Shown here: in pieces, positions 23,375-34,342 of the stretch
How positions within the stretch are numbered: position 1 is the stretch's first letter
How the letters are laid out: each line of letters begins with the position of its first letter
Source of the DNA: Alphaproteobacteria bacterium
GTDB taxonomy: Bacteria > Pseudomonadota > Alphaproteobacteria > JAAXGF01
Direction: 5' to 3'
NCBI GenBank assembly: GCA_963555825.3
Contig: CAUVXB020000002.1
Location: 2,720,001 to 2,784,000 of the forward strand
Length of the DNA stretch: 64,000 nucleotides
Notes under the pieces: generated by a model
The model's input: the letters and a program-made list of their open reading frames with translations, nothing else
Databases searched by the model: none
Told to the model about the DNA's origin: nothing
Made by a program: the position numbers and the translations under genes

Positions 23375-24408
23375 CTAGTGTCCCGATTCCGAAGTTCGCA
23401 TGATTTTCGCCTGCTGTTCAGCGATTTCGATTGTTCGGAGGCAGAAGCGCTGGATGGCGCCGAGGATGTCATCGGCGGATTTGGTCCATTTGAAGGGTTT
23501 GGGGTTCTGGTTTGTCGTGTCGATGTAGTCGAGGATGGTGCGCTCCAACTCCTTGGTGGAGCGATGGACGCCGCGCCTGATCTGCTTGTCGGTCAGCAGC
23601 CCGAACCAGCGCTCGACCTGGTTCAGCCAGGAGGCGCTGGTGGGTGTGAAATGGGCCTGCCAGCGCGGCCGTTTGGCGAACCAGTCGCGGATCGCCTTGG
23701 TCTTGTGGGTCCCGTAGTTGTCCATGACGATGTGGATGTCGAGATCAGCAGGGACGTTCGCCTCGACGAGGTCGAGGAATTTGCGGAACTCTCGGGCCCG
23801 ATGGCGCGGGAAACATTTGCCGATGATCTCTCCCGTGGCGATGTCGAGGGCCGCGAAGAGAGAGGTCGTGCCGTGGCGCTTGTAGTCGTGGCTGCGCCGC
23901 TCCGCCTGCCCGGGGCGCATCGGCAAGAGGGGCTGGGAACGGTCCAGGGCCTGGATCTGGCTCTTTTCGTCGACACAGAGAACCAGGGCACGATCCGGCG
24001 GCGCCAAATACAGACCGACGATGTCGCGGACCTTCTCCACGAAGAAGGGATCGCTCGACAGCTTGAAGGTCTCCGAGCGATGCGGCTGCAAGCCGAAGGC
24101 CCGCCAGATGCGATGAATGGTCGAGGGCGCGTGGCCGCTCGCCCGCGCCATCGAGCGAAGGCTCCAATGGGTCGCGTCCGGCGGCGTCTCTTCCAGCGTC
24201 AGCCGGACCGCTTCCGCGATGGCGTCATCGCCGATTTGACGCGGCGCGCCGGGGCGGGGTTCGTCGTACAGACCGTCGAGGCCCTCCGCCGCATAGCGGC
24301 GACGCCACTTGCCCACGGTGTCCGCGCTCGCCTCGAGACGAACGGCGATCTCCTTGTTCTCCAACCCTTCCGCCGCCGCCAAGACGATCCGAGCCCGCCG
24401 CGCAAGCC
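23375..24408 (-). pseudogene. IS630-family transposase, 5'-truncated, one IR intact
   Basis: [50 protein letters not shown]. End TA-GTGTCCCGATTCCGAAGTTCG at 23376. Cut at about 24408. Confidence 0.9.
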
Positions 24409-25746
24409 TGTGCCTCCCATTTATCTCATCCGGGGTGCATCAAGAACGCCGACCGGTCCGCCGGCACTGGTGATGGCACCATCTTCGCTGTGAGGCGGGC
24501 ATAGTCATCTTCGGAAACGACGCCCACATCGATCGGCAACCGGCTTGGGGGGCCTTGCCATAGTAAGACGGATTGCTGAGGTTACGGCGACCCCGACGGC
24601 GTCAGAATCATCGCCGCAAGCCGATTATACGATAGCCGGTGCCAGTCAGGCCGCCAACCGCTGGTACCGATGATGCAGCCCGCCGACCTGTGGAAACGCC
24701 ACGATCTTCCCGGCGCCAGCCGGCTGAACCGATCGCCGTTCAGGGGTATCCTTGCCTAGCGCCAGGTGCGTGCGGGATCGCTGGTAGTAGTCGATGTACG
24801 ACAAGAGTATCGCCCGCAGATGCCGTTCGTTTAGAACGATCACGTGATCCAGACACTCTCGCCTGATGGACCCGATCACGCGCTCAACGTACGGCGACTG
24901 CCACGGCGATCGCGGCGCCGTCACGACCTCTTCGATGCCCATCGCCTTTATCCGCGAACGAAAGGCAATACCGTACACACGATCCCGATCTCGGATCATA
25001 TACCGTGGTGCTGTCTCCCACGGAAAGGCCTCCCGGATCTGTTGCGCGACCCACGCCGCAGTCGGGTGTGCCGTGGTGCCGATGTGAACAATCCGCCGAC
25101 GCTCGTGCCGCAGCACAACGAGCACGAATAGAAGACTGAACGTCGCGGTGGGTACGACGAAGAAGTCGGTCGACGCTAGGCACCCGACGTGGTTCTCGAG
25201 GAACGTCCGCCATGTCTGCGAAGGTGGCTTTGGATGGCGCGGCATGTACTTGGACACGGCCGCCTCGGAGACCTCGAAGCCGAGCATCCTGAGCTCACCG
25301 TGGATTCGGGGAGCGCCCCACAACGGATTCTCCCGAGACATCCGGCGGATAAGCCCTCGGAATTCGCTCGACACGGGCGGTCGTCCCGGCTTCCCCCGTC
25401 GCGACTTCCGGGTCCAGAAACGTCGGAAGCCCTTTCGATGCCAGCCGATAACCGTCTCCGGCTTGACGATCACCAGGATCTCCCTCCAACCCGACCACAG
25501 CCGAGACAGGACGACCCAGAAAAGGCGATCGGCCATCCGAAGCGATGGCCTGGCTCCTTTCCGATCTAAGGCGGCAAGCTGCTGTCGCAGGGCAAGGTTC
25601 TCAAGATGCAACGCCGCGCGGCTGAGGAAAGCCTCACGGACCATGGCAAGGACAATTCGAATGGTCGTGCACATGTCGGAGACGCTATCCGGCACAAGCC
25701 GGGAATACTAGGATTTCTGCGGCAGATAGGATTTATGGGAGCCACA
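24409..25746 (-). mobile_element. IS481-like (rve integrase core) element
   Basis: TGT...ACA ends within the inverted repeat AGCCTGTGCCTCCCAT (24405-24420) / ATGGGAGCCACAGGCT (25735-25750). Confidence 0.75.
24646..25695 (-). CDS. Integrase-core (DDE) transposase
   Basis: LENLALRQQL, ENPLWGAPRIHGEL, TDFFVVPT, IRDRD, SPWQSPYVERVIGSIRRECLDH, GGLHHRY. Confidence 0.9.
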   Translation of the reverse strand: MPDSVSDMCTTIRIVLAMVREAFLSRAALHLENLALRQQLAALDRKGARPSLRMADRLFWVVLSRLWSGWREILVIVKPETVIGWHRKGFRRFWTRKSRRGKPGRPPVSSEFRGLIRRMSRENPLWGAPRIHGELRMLGFEVSEAAVSKYMPRHPKPPSQTWRTFLENHVGCLASTDFFVVPTATFSLLFVLVVLRHERRRIVHIGTTAHPTAAWVAQQIREAFPWETAPRYMIRDRDRVYGIAFRSRIKAMGIEEVVTAPRSPWQSPYVERVIGSIRRECLDHVIVLNERHLRAILLSYIDYYQRSRTHLALGKDTPERRSVQPAGAGKIVAFPQVGGLHHRYQRLAA

Positions 25747-25748
25747 GG

Positions 25749-25851
25749 CTGTCCAAACGCGAGATCATGCGCTGCCTGAAGCGTTACGTGGCCCGCGAGA
25801 TCTACCGCGTACTCACCGCCCCATCGAGTGCTTGACAAACATGAGAGCGTC
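25749..25851 (+). pseudogene. IS110 transposase C-terminal remnant and end
   Basis: Reads [22 protein letters not shown], a typical IS110 C-terminus. Stop at 25833-25835. Confidence 0.7.
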
Positions 25852-26182
25852 CGGGACTCGCAGTACGCCGCGACGGACTATCGCAAGCTGCTCGCCCAAC
25901 ACGGGCTGGTCGGCTCGATGGGGCGGCGTGGCAACCCATACGACAACGCCAAAGCGGAGAGCTTTATCAAAACGCTCAAGGTCGAGGCGGTGTACCTGAT
26001 GGACTACCAAACCTTCGAGGACGTCTCCACCGATCTTCCCAGGTTCATCGACGAGGTCTACAACACCCGTAGGCTCCATTCCGCGTTAGGATATCTGAGC
26101 CCGAAACAGTACGAGGATCAACACGCCCGGCAACCGGTCAAAACCGCAGCCTGATCTTGTCCACCCTCAGGGGCGCACTCCA
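25852..26182 (+). pseudogene. IS3-family OrfB 3' remnant with right end
   Basis: SQYA...[24 protein letters not shown]...[15 protein letters not shown]. End ...GGGGCGCACTCCA. Confidence 0.85.
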
Positions 26183-26445
26183 GATCGGCGTGCAAAATTG
26201 ACCCACCGGGGCAACCGGGCCGCAGGCACGGCCGGCGGCGGCTCAGGAGCGGTTCTTGAAGCGCCAGCTCTCGTTGCCGGTCTCGATGATCTCGCAGTGG
26301 TGGGTCAGGCGGTCGAGCAGCGCGGTGGTCATCTTGGGGTCGCCGAAGACGGATGGCCATTCGCCGAAGGCGAGGTTGGTGGTGATGACGATAGAGGTGC
26401 GCTCGTAGAGCCGGCTCATGAGGTGGAAGAGCAGCTGCCCGCCGG
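26183..26445 (-). pseudogene. IS21 istB 3' remnant
   Basis: [66 protein letters not shown]. Confidence 0.88.
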
Positions 26446-26584
26446 CGCGCGAGGGCAAGGCGCTGCGCTCGCTGCTGAACCATCGCGAAGGGCTGAGCGT
26501 GTTCACTCTGCGGGCTGCTTTTCTAAAGACCCGAAATTTGATATTATCAAGTTTCCATGCGCCACTGCGCGCACAATTTGCTAA

Positions 26585-27449
26585 GGGCTTCTTTGCCATC
26601 TCGGAGGTCTTCACCCAGGCCGAGAAGATCGTCGCGGGAACCCGCGAGCGCCCCAAGGCGAACCTCGAGTTTCCCAGCCTGAGGGAGTTCTGGGACTTGC
26701 GCTACACGGTGTCTCGCTCCATGGGCCTCGGCTTCTTCGCCGGCATCCTGCCGGGCATCGGTGCGACGCTGGCCGCCTTTCTCGGCTACAACGAGGCGGT
26801 GCGCTGGTCGAAGACGCCGGAAAAGTTCGGCAAGGGCGAGCTCGCCGGCGTTGTCGCCTCGGAGACGGCAAACAATGCGGCGACGGGCGCGGCCATGATC
26901 CCGCTGCTCGCGCTCGGCCTGCCGGGCGGCGCACTGACCGCCATGATGCTGGGCATATTCCAGATCCACAGCATGGAGCCCGGGCCGCTCATCTTCATCA
27001 ACAGCAAGGAGCTGGTTTGGATCACCTTCTCGGCCATGTTCTTTGCCAACCTGGCGATCCTCGGCCTGGGCTGGATACAAACCAAGACCGTGGTCCACCT
27101 GCTGCGCGTGCCGTTCCGCTGGCTGGCGCCGGGCATTCTGCTGTTGGCCACGGTGGGGGCGTTCGCGCTCAGGAACCTGCTGGTCGACGTCTGGATCATG
27201 TATCTGGCCGGAATCGTCGCCTATTTCCTGCGCAAGACCGGCTATTCGGCGGCCGGCATCGTGCTCGGGCTGATTCTCGGCAAGATCGGGGAATCCATGT
27301 TCATCAAGTCCATGCAGATCATGGACTACGACTTCCTGGGATTCGCGGAACGGCCGATCGCCGCCGTGCTGATTCTGGCCGGCGTTGCCACCATGGTGGC
27401 GAGCGCGGTGCGGCATTTTCGGCGTTCCAGGGTGGCGACGGGCGGCTGA
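26585..27449 (+). pseudogene. Tripartite tricarboxylate transporter TctA, 5'-truncated
   Basis: FAISEV, GILPGIGATLAAF, GVVASETANNAA.G.AMIPLLALGLPG, PGPLIF, LGLILG. N-terminal part replaced by IS debris. Confidence 0.88.
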
Positions 27450-27500
27450 GCGTCGCGCGAGCGAGGACAAGGCATGGTTCAAGCAAGAGATCTCGACCGG

Positions 27501-28910
27501 ATGGCGGAACCCAGCCATCAGGACATCGTCGCCGGTCTTGTGGCGCGGTCCCGCGCCGCCATGGCGGCCTTCCGCAACGACGACCAGGCGGCCGTCGACG
27601 AGGCGGTCACCGCGCTCGCCTGGTCGATCTACCAGCCCGATCGCGCCCGCGAGCTGGCCGAGCTGGCGGTGGCCGACACCGGGCTGGGCAACGTGCCGGA
27701 CAAGGTCGCCAAGAATACCCGCAAGACTTTCGGGACGCTGCGCGATCTGCTGCGCGTGAAATCGGTCGGCGTGATCGAGGAATTACCTGACCGGGGCCTC
27801 GTCAAATACGCCAAGCCGGTGGGCGTGGTGGGTGCCGTCGTGCCCTCGACCAATCCCTCGGCGACCCCCGTCAACAAGGCGATGATGGCGGTGAAGGGCG
27901 GCAACGCGGTGATCATCGCCCCCTCGCCGGCTGGGCAGGAGACCACCACCCGGACCGTCGCGCTGATGTGCGCGGAGCTCGCCCGCACCGGCCACCCGGA
28001 GGATCTGGTTCAGGTCTTGCCGGCCCCGGTGTCCAAGGCGCTCACCCAGGCCCTGATGGAGGCGGTCGATCTCGTCGTGGTGACCGGCTCCCAGAACAAC
28101 GTCCACCGGGCCTATTCCAGCGGCACCCCGGCGATCGGGGTCGGCGCCGGCAACGTGCCCGTGATCGTGATCGTGGACGCGAGCGCTGATCTCGAAGACG
28201 CCGCGCGTAAGATCCGGGCCTCGAAAATATTCGACAACGCGACCTCCTGCTCCTCGGAGAACGCGCTGGTCATCCTCGACGAGGTTTATGAAGAGACCAT
28301 GCGGTCACTCGAAGCCGTGGGCGGCTACCGGGCGGACGCGGCGGACAAAGCCCGCATCGCCGAGGCACTGTGGGTCGACGGCAAGCTGAACCGGCATCTG
28401 ATCGCCAAGGACGCCGCGGTCTTCGCCGAGACCGTCGTGCTGCCGGCCGCCGCGGCAGAGGCGGATTTCTTTCTGGTCGAGGAGGCGGAGATCGGCGGAC
28501 CGCGGTCGTTCGCCGATGAGAAGCTGTCGCTCGTCCTGACGGTCTACCGGGCGGCCGACTTCGAGGAGGCCTTCGAGACCGTCCGGCGCCTGCTTTGCGT
28601 CCAGGGCCGGGGTCATTCCTGCGGTATCCACACGAAGGACGCAAACCACGCCCGAGCGCTGGCGGAGCGGATGGACGTGGTCCGCGTCCTGGTGAACCAG
28701 CCCCACACCTTCGGCAACGGCGGCGGGTTCGACAACGGGCTCAACTTCACCCTCTCCATGGGTTGCGGCACCTGGGCCGGCAACTCCATCAGCGAGAACC
28801 TGAACTACCGCCACTTCATCAACGTGACCCACCTGGTGACCGTGATTCCCGAGGACCGGCCGAGCGAAGACACGCTGTTCGGCGCCTACTGGGCGAAACA
28901 CGGGCGATAA
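27501..28910 (+). CDS. Acylating aldehyde dehydrogenase, SauS (sulfoacetaldehyde dehydrogenase)-like
   Basis: KPVGVVGAVVPSTNP, AYSSGTPAIGVGAGNVP, SKIFDNATSCSSEN (catalytic Cys), EKLS.VL, SMGCGTWAGNSISENLNYRHFIN. Substrate is inferred. Confidence 0.85.
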   Translation: MAEPSHQDIVAGLVARSRAAMAAFRNDDQAAVDEAVTALAWSIYQPDRARELAELAVADTGLGNVPDKVAKNTRKTFGTLRDLLRVKSVGVIEELPDRGLVKYAKPVGVVGAVVPSTNPSATPVNKAMMAVKGGNAVIIAPSPAGQETTTRTVALMCAELARTGHPEDLVQVLPAPVSKALTQALMEAVDLVVVTGSQNNVHRAYSSGTPAIGVGAGNVPVIVIVDASADLEDAARKIRASKIFDNATSCSSENALVILDEVYEETMRSLEAVGGYRADAADKARIAEALWVDGKLNRHLIAKDAAVFAETVVLPAAAAEADFFLVEEAEIGGPRSFADEKLSLVLTVYRAADFEEAFETVRRLLCVQGRGHSCGIHTKDANHARALAERMDVVRVLVNQPHTFGNGGGFDNGLNFTLSMGCGTWAGNSISENLNYRHFINVTHLVTVIPEDRPSEDTLFGAYWAKHGR

Positions 28911-28924
28911 CGGGGCGGCGTGTC

Positions 28925-30085
28925 ATGAATTTCGAAGAGCAGGCGGCAAAACCGCTCCTGGCCGCGGCCGGGATCAGGGTCCCCGAGGGCCGGCTGGTCG
29001 CCACCGCCGAGGAAGCCGCCCAAGCGGCGGGGGACCTGGGCCCAGTCGTCGTCAAGGCCCAGGCGCCGACCGGCAAGCGGGGCAAGGCGGGCGGCGTGCG
29101 TCCGGCCGACAGCCCGGCGGAAGCCCGAGCCGCTGCCGCTGCCATTCTCGGCATGGAGATCGGCGGCCACCGGATCGAGCGGCTGTTGGTCGAGCGCCGC
29201 GCCGAGATCGCGAAGGAGTACTATGCCGCGATCCTCAACGACCCGGAGAGCCGCGGCCCGCTGGTGCTGTTCTCGGCCATGGGGGGCATGGATGTCGAAG
29301 ACGTGGCAAGCGCGGCGCCGGATGCCATGCGCCGCCTGCCGTTCGATATTCGCAGCGGCCTAACCGCCGAGCAAGCGGGCGCCCTGGTGGCCGATCTGCT
29401 GCCCGAGACCGAGACCCAGGCGGTCGCCGGGCTGCTGGTCAATCTCGCGCGCGTCTACCAGGAGAACGACGCCGAACTGCTCGAGATCAATCCCCTGGCG
29501 GTCACCCGGAACGGGGGCTTGGTCGCGCTCGACTGCAAGCTGGTGCTCGACGATTCGGCGGTGAAGCGCCGCGAACAGCTGGCCGCGACCGGAAGCCCGG
29601 AACGCTTGAGCGGTTTGGAGGCGCGCGGCCAGGACCTGGGCATCAAGTATATCGAGCTGGACGGCGAGGTGGGCATCATGGCCAACGGCGCCGGGCTCAC
29701 CATGACGACGATGGACGTGGTCAGCCACTACGGCGGCCGGCCGGCCAATTTCATGGAGATCGGCGGCGAGGCCTACACCAAGGCGACCGAGGCCCTGGAA
29801 CTGGTGCTCGCCAATCCCAGGGTGAAAAGCCTGGTGGTCAACTTCTGCGGCGCCTTCGCGCGCACCGAGGTCATGACCGAGGGTGTGGTCCGCGCCTGGG
29901 AGGCCCTACAGCCGAAGGTCCCGGTCTTCTTCTCGGTCAACGGGACGGGCGACGTGGAAGCGCGCGCCTTGCTGCGCGAGCGCCTCGGCATCGAGCCCTT
30001 TGCCACCATGGACGAAGCCTGCCGGGCGGCGGTGGACGCCGCCCGGGATGCCGTGGTGGATGCCGGGGGGGAGGCCGCCGGATGA
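28925..30085 (+). CDS. ADP-forming acyl-CoA ligase beta subunit (SucC-like)
   Basis: VVKAQAPTGKRGKAGGV, LLEINPL, LDCKLVLDD, ANGAGLTMTTMD, PANFMEIGG. Divergent substrate loop NFCGAFART. Confidence 0.9.
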   Translation: MNFEEQAAKPLLAAAGIRVPEGRLVATAEEAAQAAGDLGPVVVKAQAPTGKRGKAGGVRPADSPAEARAAAAAILGMEIGGHRIERLLVERRAEIAKEYYAAILNDPESRGPLVLFSAMGGMDVEDVASAAPDAMRRLPFDIRSGLTAEQAGALVADLLPETETQAVAGLLVNLARVYQENDAELLEINPLAVTRNGGLVALDCKLVLDDSAVKRREQLAATGSPERLSGLEARGQDLGIKYIELDGEVGIMANGAGLTMTTMDVVSHYGGRPANFMEIGGEAYTKATEALELVLANPRVKSLVVNFCGAFARTEVMTEGVVRAWEALQPKVPVFFSVNGTGDVEARALLRERLGIEPFATMDEACRAAVDAARDAVVDAGGEAAG

Positions 30086-30951
30086 TCCTCCGCAAGCACG
30101 ACCGGGTGCTGGTTCAGGGCATCACCGGCAAGCAGGGCACCTTCTGGACCGAGAAGATGCAGGCCTACGGCACCTCTATCGTCGGCGGCGTCAACCCGAA
30201 GAAGGCCGGGACGGTCCATTGCGGCGTGCCGGTCCATGGCTCGGCCCGCGAAGCCATGGCGGCAGACGGTTTCGACCATTCGGTGCTGTTCATTCCGCCG
30301 CTGGGCGTGAAGGCGGCGGCGCTCGACGCCATCGAGGCCGGCGCCAAGGGCCTCTCGATCCTGACCGAGCACATTCCCGTTCAGGACGTCATGTACGTCC
30401 TTGCCGCCGCGCGCGACAACGGCACCCGCATCCTCGGCCCCAACACGGCCGGCCAGGTGACCCCCGGCGAGTGCTTCGTCGGTTTCATGCCGGCTTTCAA
30501 CCAGGCGGTCTTCCGGACCGGCCGGGTCGGCGTCGTCTCGCGCAGCGGCAGTCTCGGGGTCCTGGTCTGCCTCGGCCTGGTTCAGGCGGGTCTCGGCATC
30601 TCCGCTTTCATCGGCATCGGCGGCGATCCGGTGATCGGCACCCACACGGCCGAGGCCGTCGAGATGCTGGACCGCTTCGAGACCACCGACGCGGTGGTGA
30701 TCGTCGGCGAGATCGGCGGCACCATGGAGGAGGCCGCGGCGGACTATGTGGCCGGCATGGAAAAGCCGGTCGCGGCCTTCATCGCCGGCGCGGCGGCCCC
30801 GGCGGGCAAGAAGATGGGTCACGCCGGCGCCATCGTCTCCGGCGGCAAGGGAACCTACGACGCCAAGCGCCGTGCCCTGGAAGAAGCCGGCGCCGTGGTG
30901 CTCGACACCCCGGCGGATATCGGCGCCGTCGTGCGAACTCGGCTCGGATAA
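30082..30951 (+). CDS. ADP-forming acyl-CoA ligase alpha subunit (SucD-like)
   Basis: [43 protein letters not shown] (phospho-His). Confidence 0.92.
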   Translation: MILRKHDRVLVQGITGKQGTFWTEKMQAYGTSIVGGVNPKKAGTVHCGVPVHGSAREAMAADGFDHSVLFIPPLGVKAAALDAIEAGAKGLSILTEHIPVQDVMYVLAAARDNGTRILGPNTAGQVTPGECFVGFMPAFNQAVFRTGRVGVVSRSGSLGVLVCLGLVQAGLGISAFIGIGGDPVIGTHTAEAVEMLDRFETTDAVVIVGEIGGTMEEAAADYVAGMEKPVAAFIAGAAAPAGKKMGHAGAIVSGGKGTYDAKRRALEEAGAVVLDTPADIGAVVRTRLG

Positions 30952-31105
30952 CCAACCCCTCCAGGCCCGCCGGCATGGCATCGATTTTTCGGTTTGCCAG
31001 AACGGTTGCGCGCACCCAAGTTATCTGTGATATCGAGGACGATCCGCACCAGCAGGCGGGTGGCGGACGGGTGGCGAATAGGTATGGGGTTTGGGGACCA
31101 AATGA

Positions 31106-31843
31106 ATGCGATTTGAGGCGCCGGAAACACTCGATGCGGCCGTGACTCTGCTGCGCGGCGAAACGGGTTTGGCGCGGCCGCTCGCAGGCGGGACCGACCA
31201 ACTGGTCCAGTTGCGTGCGGGGTTCGTCGAGCCGGATCTGGTCGTCGATTTGAAGCGGATCCCGGAGATGCGCCACATTACGGCCGAGAACGGCGGATTC
31301 CGGATCGGCGCCGCGGTGTCGGGCGCGGAGCTCGGCGAGCATCCCGAGCTCAAGAGATCCTGGCCCGGCGTGGTCGAAGCGACCGAGCTGATCGGGTCGA
31401 CGCAGATCCAGGGGCGCGCGTCGCTCGGCGGAAATCTCTGCAACGCCTCGCCGGCGGCCGACAGCGTGCCGGCGATGATGGCGGCAGAAGCGACCATTAC
31501 GGTAGCCGGGCCGGATGGCCGGCGCGACGTTCCGGTCGAGGAAATCATAACCGGTCCGGGCAAAACGTGCCTGGCCAGGGACGAAATCGTCGTTGCCGTA
31601 AACCTGCCGCCGCGGCCGGCCCATTCGGGCGATGCCTATCTCAGGTTCATTCCCCGCACCGAGATGGATATCGCCGTGGTCGGCGTGGGGGTCAGCCTGA
31701 CGCTGGACGACGCCGGTCTCTGCACCCACGCCCGTGTCGCGCTGGGAGCCGTCGCGGCCACGCCGATCCTGGTGCCCGACGCCGCAGCCGCCTTGATCGG
31801 GACGGCCGTCGGCGAGGATGCCTTGACGCGGATGGCGGCGGCC
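31106..31843 (+). pseudogene. Xanthine/CO dehydrogenase family FAD subunit (CoxM-like), 3'-truncated by IS6
   Basis: LAGGTDQLV, IGSTQIQGRASLGGNLCNASPAAD, RTEMDIAVV. Sequence switches to the IS6 IR at 31844. Confidence 0.88.
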
Positions 31844-32649
31844 GGCGTTGTCACGTTAACCGCCATTTGGCCAGCTTGTGGGCGCCGACGCCGGAGATTA
31901 TGCAACGGTCGTCACTTGCCGCCACTGTCTCATCGCGTCGCCGCGGAATTGGCGGAGTGTTCGGCGGGAGACCAGATGGCGTTGGACGTTGAAGAGGTTG
32001 TAGACGGTCGCATGGACGGCGAGGAACCGCTGCGCGGACGCGGGCGATTTGAACCGCTGCATCTTTCGCTCTCGTCGTCGCACCGGCTGATGTGAATTTT
32101 CTGCCCGATTGTTCTTTCGCAGGCCTTGCTCATGCTGAGCCGAGAGGGCAAGCAAACGGATCGCGGTGCCGTAGGAGCGGAGTTTATCGGTTACAATCGT
32201 CGCCGGCGCGAAGCCCTGCTTCTTCAAGAGTTTCCGCATCAGCCGAATTGCCGCCCGAGCGTTCCTGCGGGATTGAACCAGGGAATCCAGGACTTCGCCC
32301 TCACTGTCCACGGCACGCCAGAGATAGAACTGCCTCCCTCGAATTACGACGACCATCTCGTCCAGGTGCCAGCGTTCGGTCGGTCGTGGCCGCCGACGTT
32401 GAATCCGCCGCGCATAGGCCCGACCGAATTTCAAGACCCATCTTCGAACTGTCTCATACGAGATGTCGAGACCACGCTCGGCAAGCAGGTCCTCAACGTC
32501 CCGATAGCTCAGCGTGAAACGGCAATAGAGCCAGACGGCATGCTGGATGATGACCGGTGGAAAGCGGTGACGACGGTAGGATATCTTGCACATCCAGAGA
32601 CGCTAAAGCACCGGCCGTGCCGAAGCCACGCTGTTAACGTGACAATGCC
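31844..32649 (-). mobile_element. IS6-family insertion sequence
   Basis: IRs GGCGTTGTCACGTTAAC / GTTAACGTGACAATGCC, 806 bp, no target duplication. Confidence 0.92.
31898..32593 (-). CDS. IS6-family transposase
   Basis: RHRFPP.II..AVWLY.RF.LSYRDVEDLLAERG, WHLDEM, LWRAVD, VTDKL.SY, NNRAENSH. Confidence 0.95.
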   Translation of the reverse strand: MCKISYRRHRFPPVIIQHAVWLYCRFTLSYRDVEDLLAERGLDISYETVRRWVLKFGRAYARRIQRRRPRPTERWHLDEMVVVIRGRQFYLWRAVDSEGEVLDSLVQSRRNARAAIRLMRKLLKKQGFAPATIVTDKLRSYGTAIRLLALSAQHEQGLRKNNRAENSHQPVRRRERKMQRFKSPASAQRFLAVHATVYNLFNVQRHLVSRRTLRQFRGDAMRQWRQVTTVA

Positions 32650-33387
32650 CATCGCGCCATTCATGGGCGCTGTGCACGTTGCCCGGACGCAGGGCGCAAC
32701 GCTCCAGATCGCCGAACTGGTTGAACACGAACAGCGGGTGATAGCACGTGCAGCCGAAGTGACCGTTGTAGGCCGTGCCCTCCTGGTCACCGTAGGTCGG
32801 GCTGACGGAGCTGTCCATGTCGAGCACGATAATCTTCGGCGGCTTGCGCTCGTTAACCTGGTCGATCCAGATGCCCAAAAGGTCAGCGAGCGCGGCGAGG
32901 TTGTCATTGGTGGCGAGTAACTCCGTCTCGAACCGGCCCATCTGGCTGGTCGATGCGCCGCCGCGCTCGACAGCCCTGCCGCCGACGATCCACCGCATCG
33001 CAGGATCGCGCCCCAGCCGGTCGGCGTCGTTCACGTCCTCGTACCCGGCGAGACGACCATAGACGGATTGGCGAAGGAGACCGATGATGCCGTGCCAACC
33101 GTTCTTGCCGGTCCGGCTGTCAGCAATAACGTCACCGGCCAGCGTGGTCAGGCCGAGGGCTTCGTCCAGTTCACGATAGGCGAGCAGACCAGCGTCTGAC
33201 GTGATCCGCGAACCGTGGAACTCGAACTTCAGTCTTCGGTCGAAAAACGCCCGCAGAAGCCCCCGATCCGACTCACCCTCCAGGTTCCGCATTCGACCCA
33301 CCCTCCGTCTGATCTAATCCACTGATTCTTATACAGGAATCAGACGGAAACCGCATCAGATGGATCGGTCACTTGGGGAATGCGGGA
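32650..33387 (-). pseudogene. IS1380-family element, left end plus N-terminal transposase (33301 to 32650), truncated by IS6
   Basis: FEFHGSRITSDAGLL, RLAGYEDVNDADRL..DP, VLDMDSS.SPTYG.QEG.AYNGHF...CYHPL, LRPGNVHSA. Confidence 0.88.
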
Positions 33388-33606
33388 TTAAGGTTGTCAT
33401 TTAATTCGGAGCGGGCGGGAGCGCCCACGATTAGGGGAATGCCGCGTTCCGCAGAGCGGTACAGAAGAAGTTTTGCAGCGCGTTCGCCCAGCGCGCCCGG
33501 TATGGAGGTTTTTCCTGGACTCGAAGAGGACTACATAAAAAATGGCCGGTCCCACGCCAACTTGGCGGGAACCGGCCCTGAGTTATGCGGGAGGGAGGAA
33601 GCCCGA

Positions 33607-34044
33607 TTAGAACGGAATTTCGCTGTCATCCACCGTCCCGGCGGTTTCGGCGGAAGGTACGGTGTTGCCGGTCATCGCTGGTGCGCCGTTACCGTTCGGC
33701 TTATCCAGGAACTGGACTCTGCCGCCGGGGACTAGCAGGATCTCGGTCGAGAACCGGTCGCTGTCCTCGCCGTCCTTGCGCCACTTGCGGGTCTGCAGCT
33801 TGCCCGAGACGTAGACCAGGCGGCCCTTCTTGGCGTGCTTCTCCAGCATCTCCACCAGGCCGTCCTGGAAGGTGACGATGCGGTGCCACTCGGTGCGGTC
33901 CACCTTGTCGCCGGAGTTCTTGTCGAGGTAGCTTTCGTCGGTCGCGATCGAGACGTTGGCGACACGGCCGCCGTTGGTGAGATGGCTGATGGTAGCGTCG
34001 GCGCCGAGGCGTCCGATCAGCTGCGCGTTATTCAGTCCGAACAT
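33607..34044 (-). CDS. ssb: Single-stranded DNA-binding protein (mobile-element type)
   Basis: NNAQLIGRLGAD, SIAT, TEWHRIV.F, KGRLVYVSGKLQTRKW, acidic tail DDSEIPF. Confidence 0.95.
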   Translation of the reverse strand: MFGLNNAQLIGRLGADATISHLTNGGRVANVSIATDESYLDKNSGDKVDRTEWHRIVTFQDGLVEMLEKHAKKGRLVYVSGKLQTRKWRKDGEDSDRFSTEILLVPGGRVQFLDKPNGNGAPAMTGNTVPSAETAGTVDDSEIPF

Positions 34045-34150
34045 GATCAATCTTCTATGAGCCGGGTTATGACATCGGGTTAGCGAACGGGGTCCGGTCT
34101 CTCTCGATCCCTTCTCCGTTCACTCTCTGAAAGCCCCCCTCTTTCTCTAT

Positions 34151-34342
34151 TCAGGCGTCCGCGCCGGATCGGTCCTGTGAGGCGAGAACTTCGCGGATCG
34201 CGTGGGCCGGCATTCCCACCGCAGCCAGCAGCGCGCCGGCGTCGGGAGGCGGTGCGGCGAAGTCGGCATCGGCATCGTTTGTGTTGCCGGGATTGAAAAG
34301 GGTGTCGTTGGAGTCGGTCGAACTATTAATGCGATCGAACAT
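34151..34342 (-). CDS. Small acidic hypothetical protein
   Basis: GGAG RBS before ATG 34342, co-oriented with ssb. Confidence 0.5.
   Translation of the reverse strand: MFDRINSSTDSNDTLFNPGNTNDADADFAAPPPDAGALLAAVGMPAHAIREVLASQDRSGADA

Noticed and set aside
26418-27449. Intact 343-aa TctA
   Set aside because: The first about 55 codons are IS debris (istB antisense and a possible IS66-like scrap). The true N-terminus is missing.
31106-32095. Full-length 329-aa CoxM-like protein
   Set aside because: Residues after 31843 are read-through into the antisense strand of IS6.
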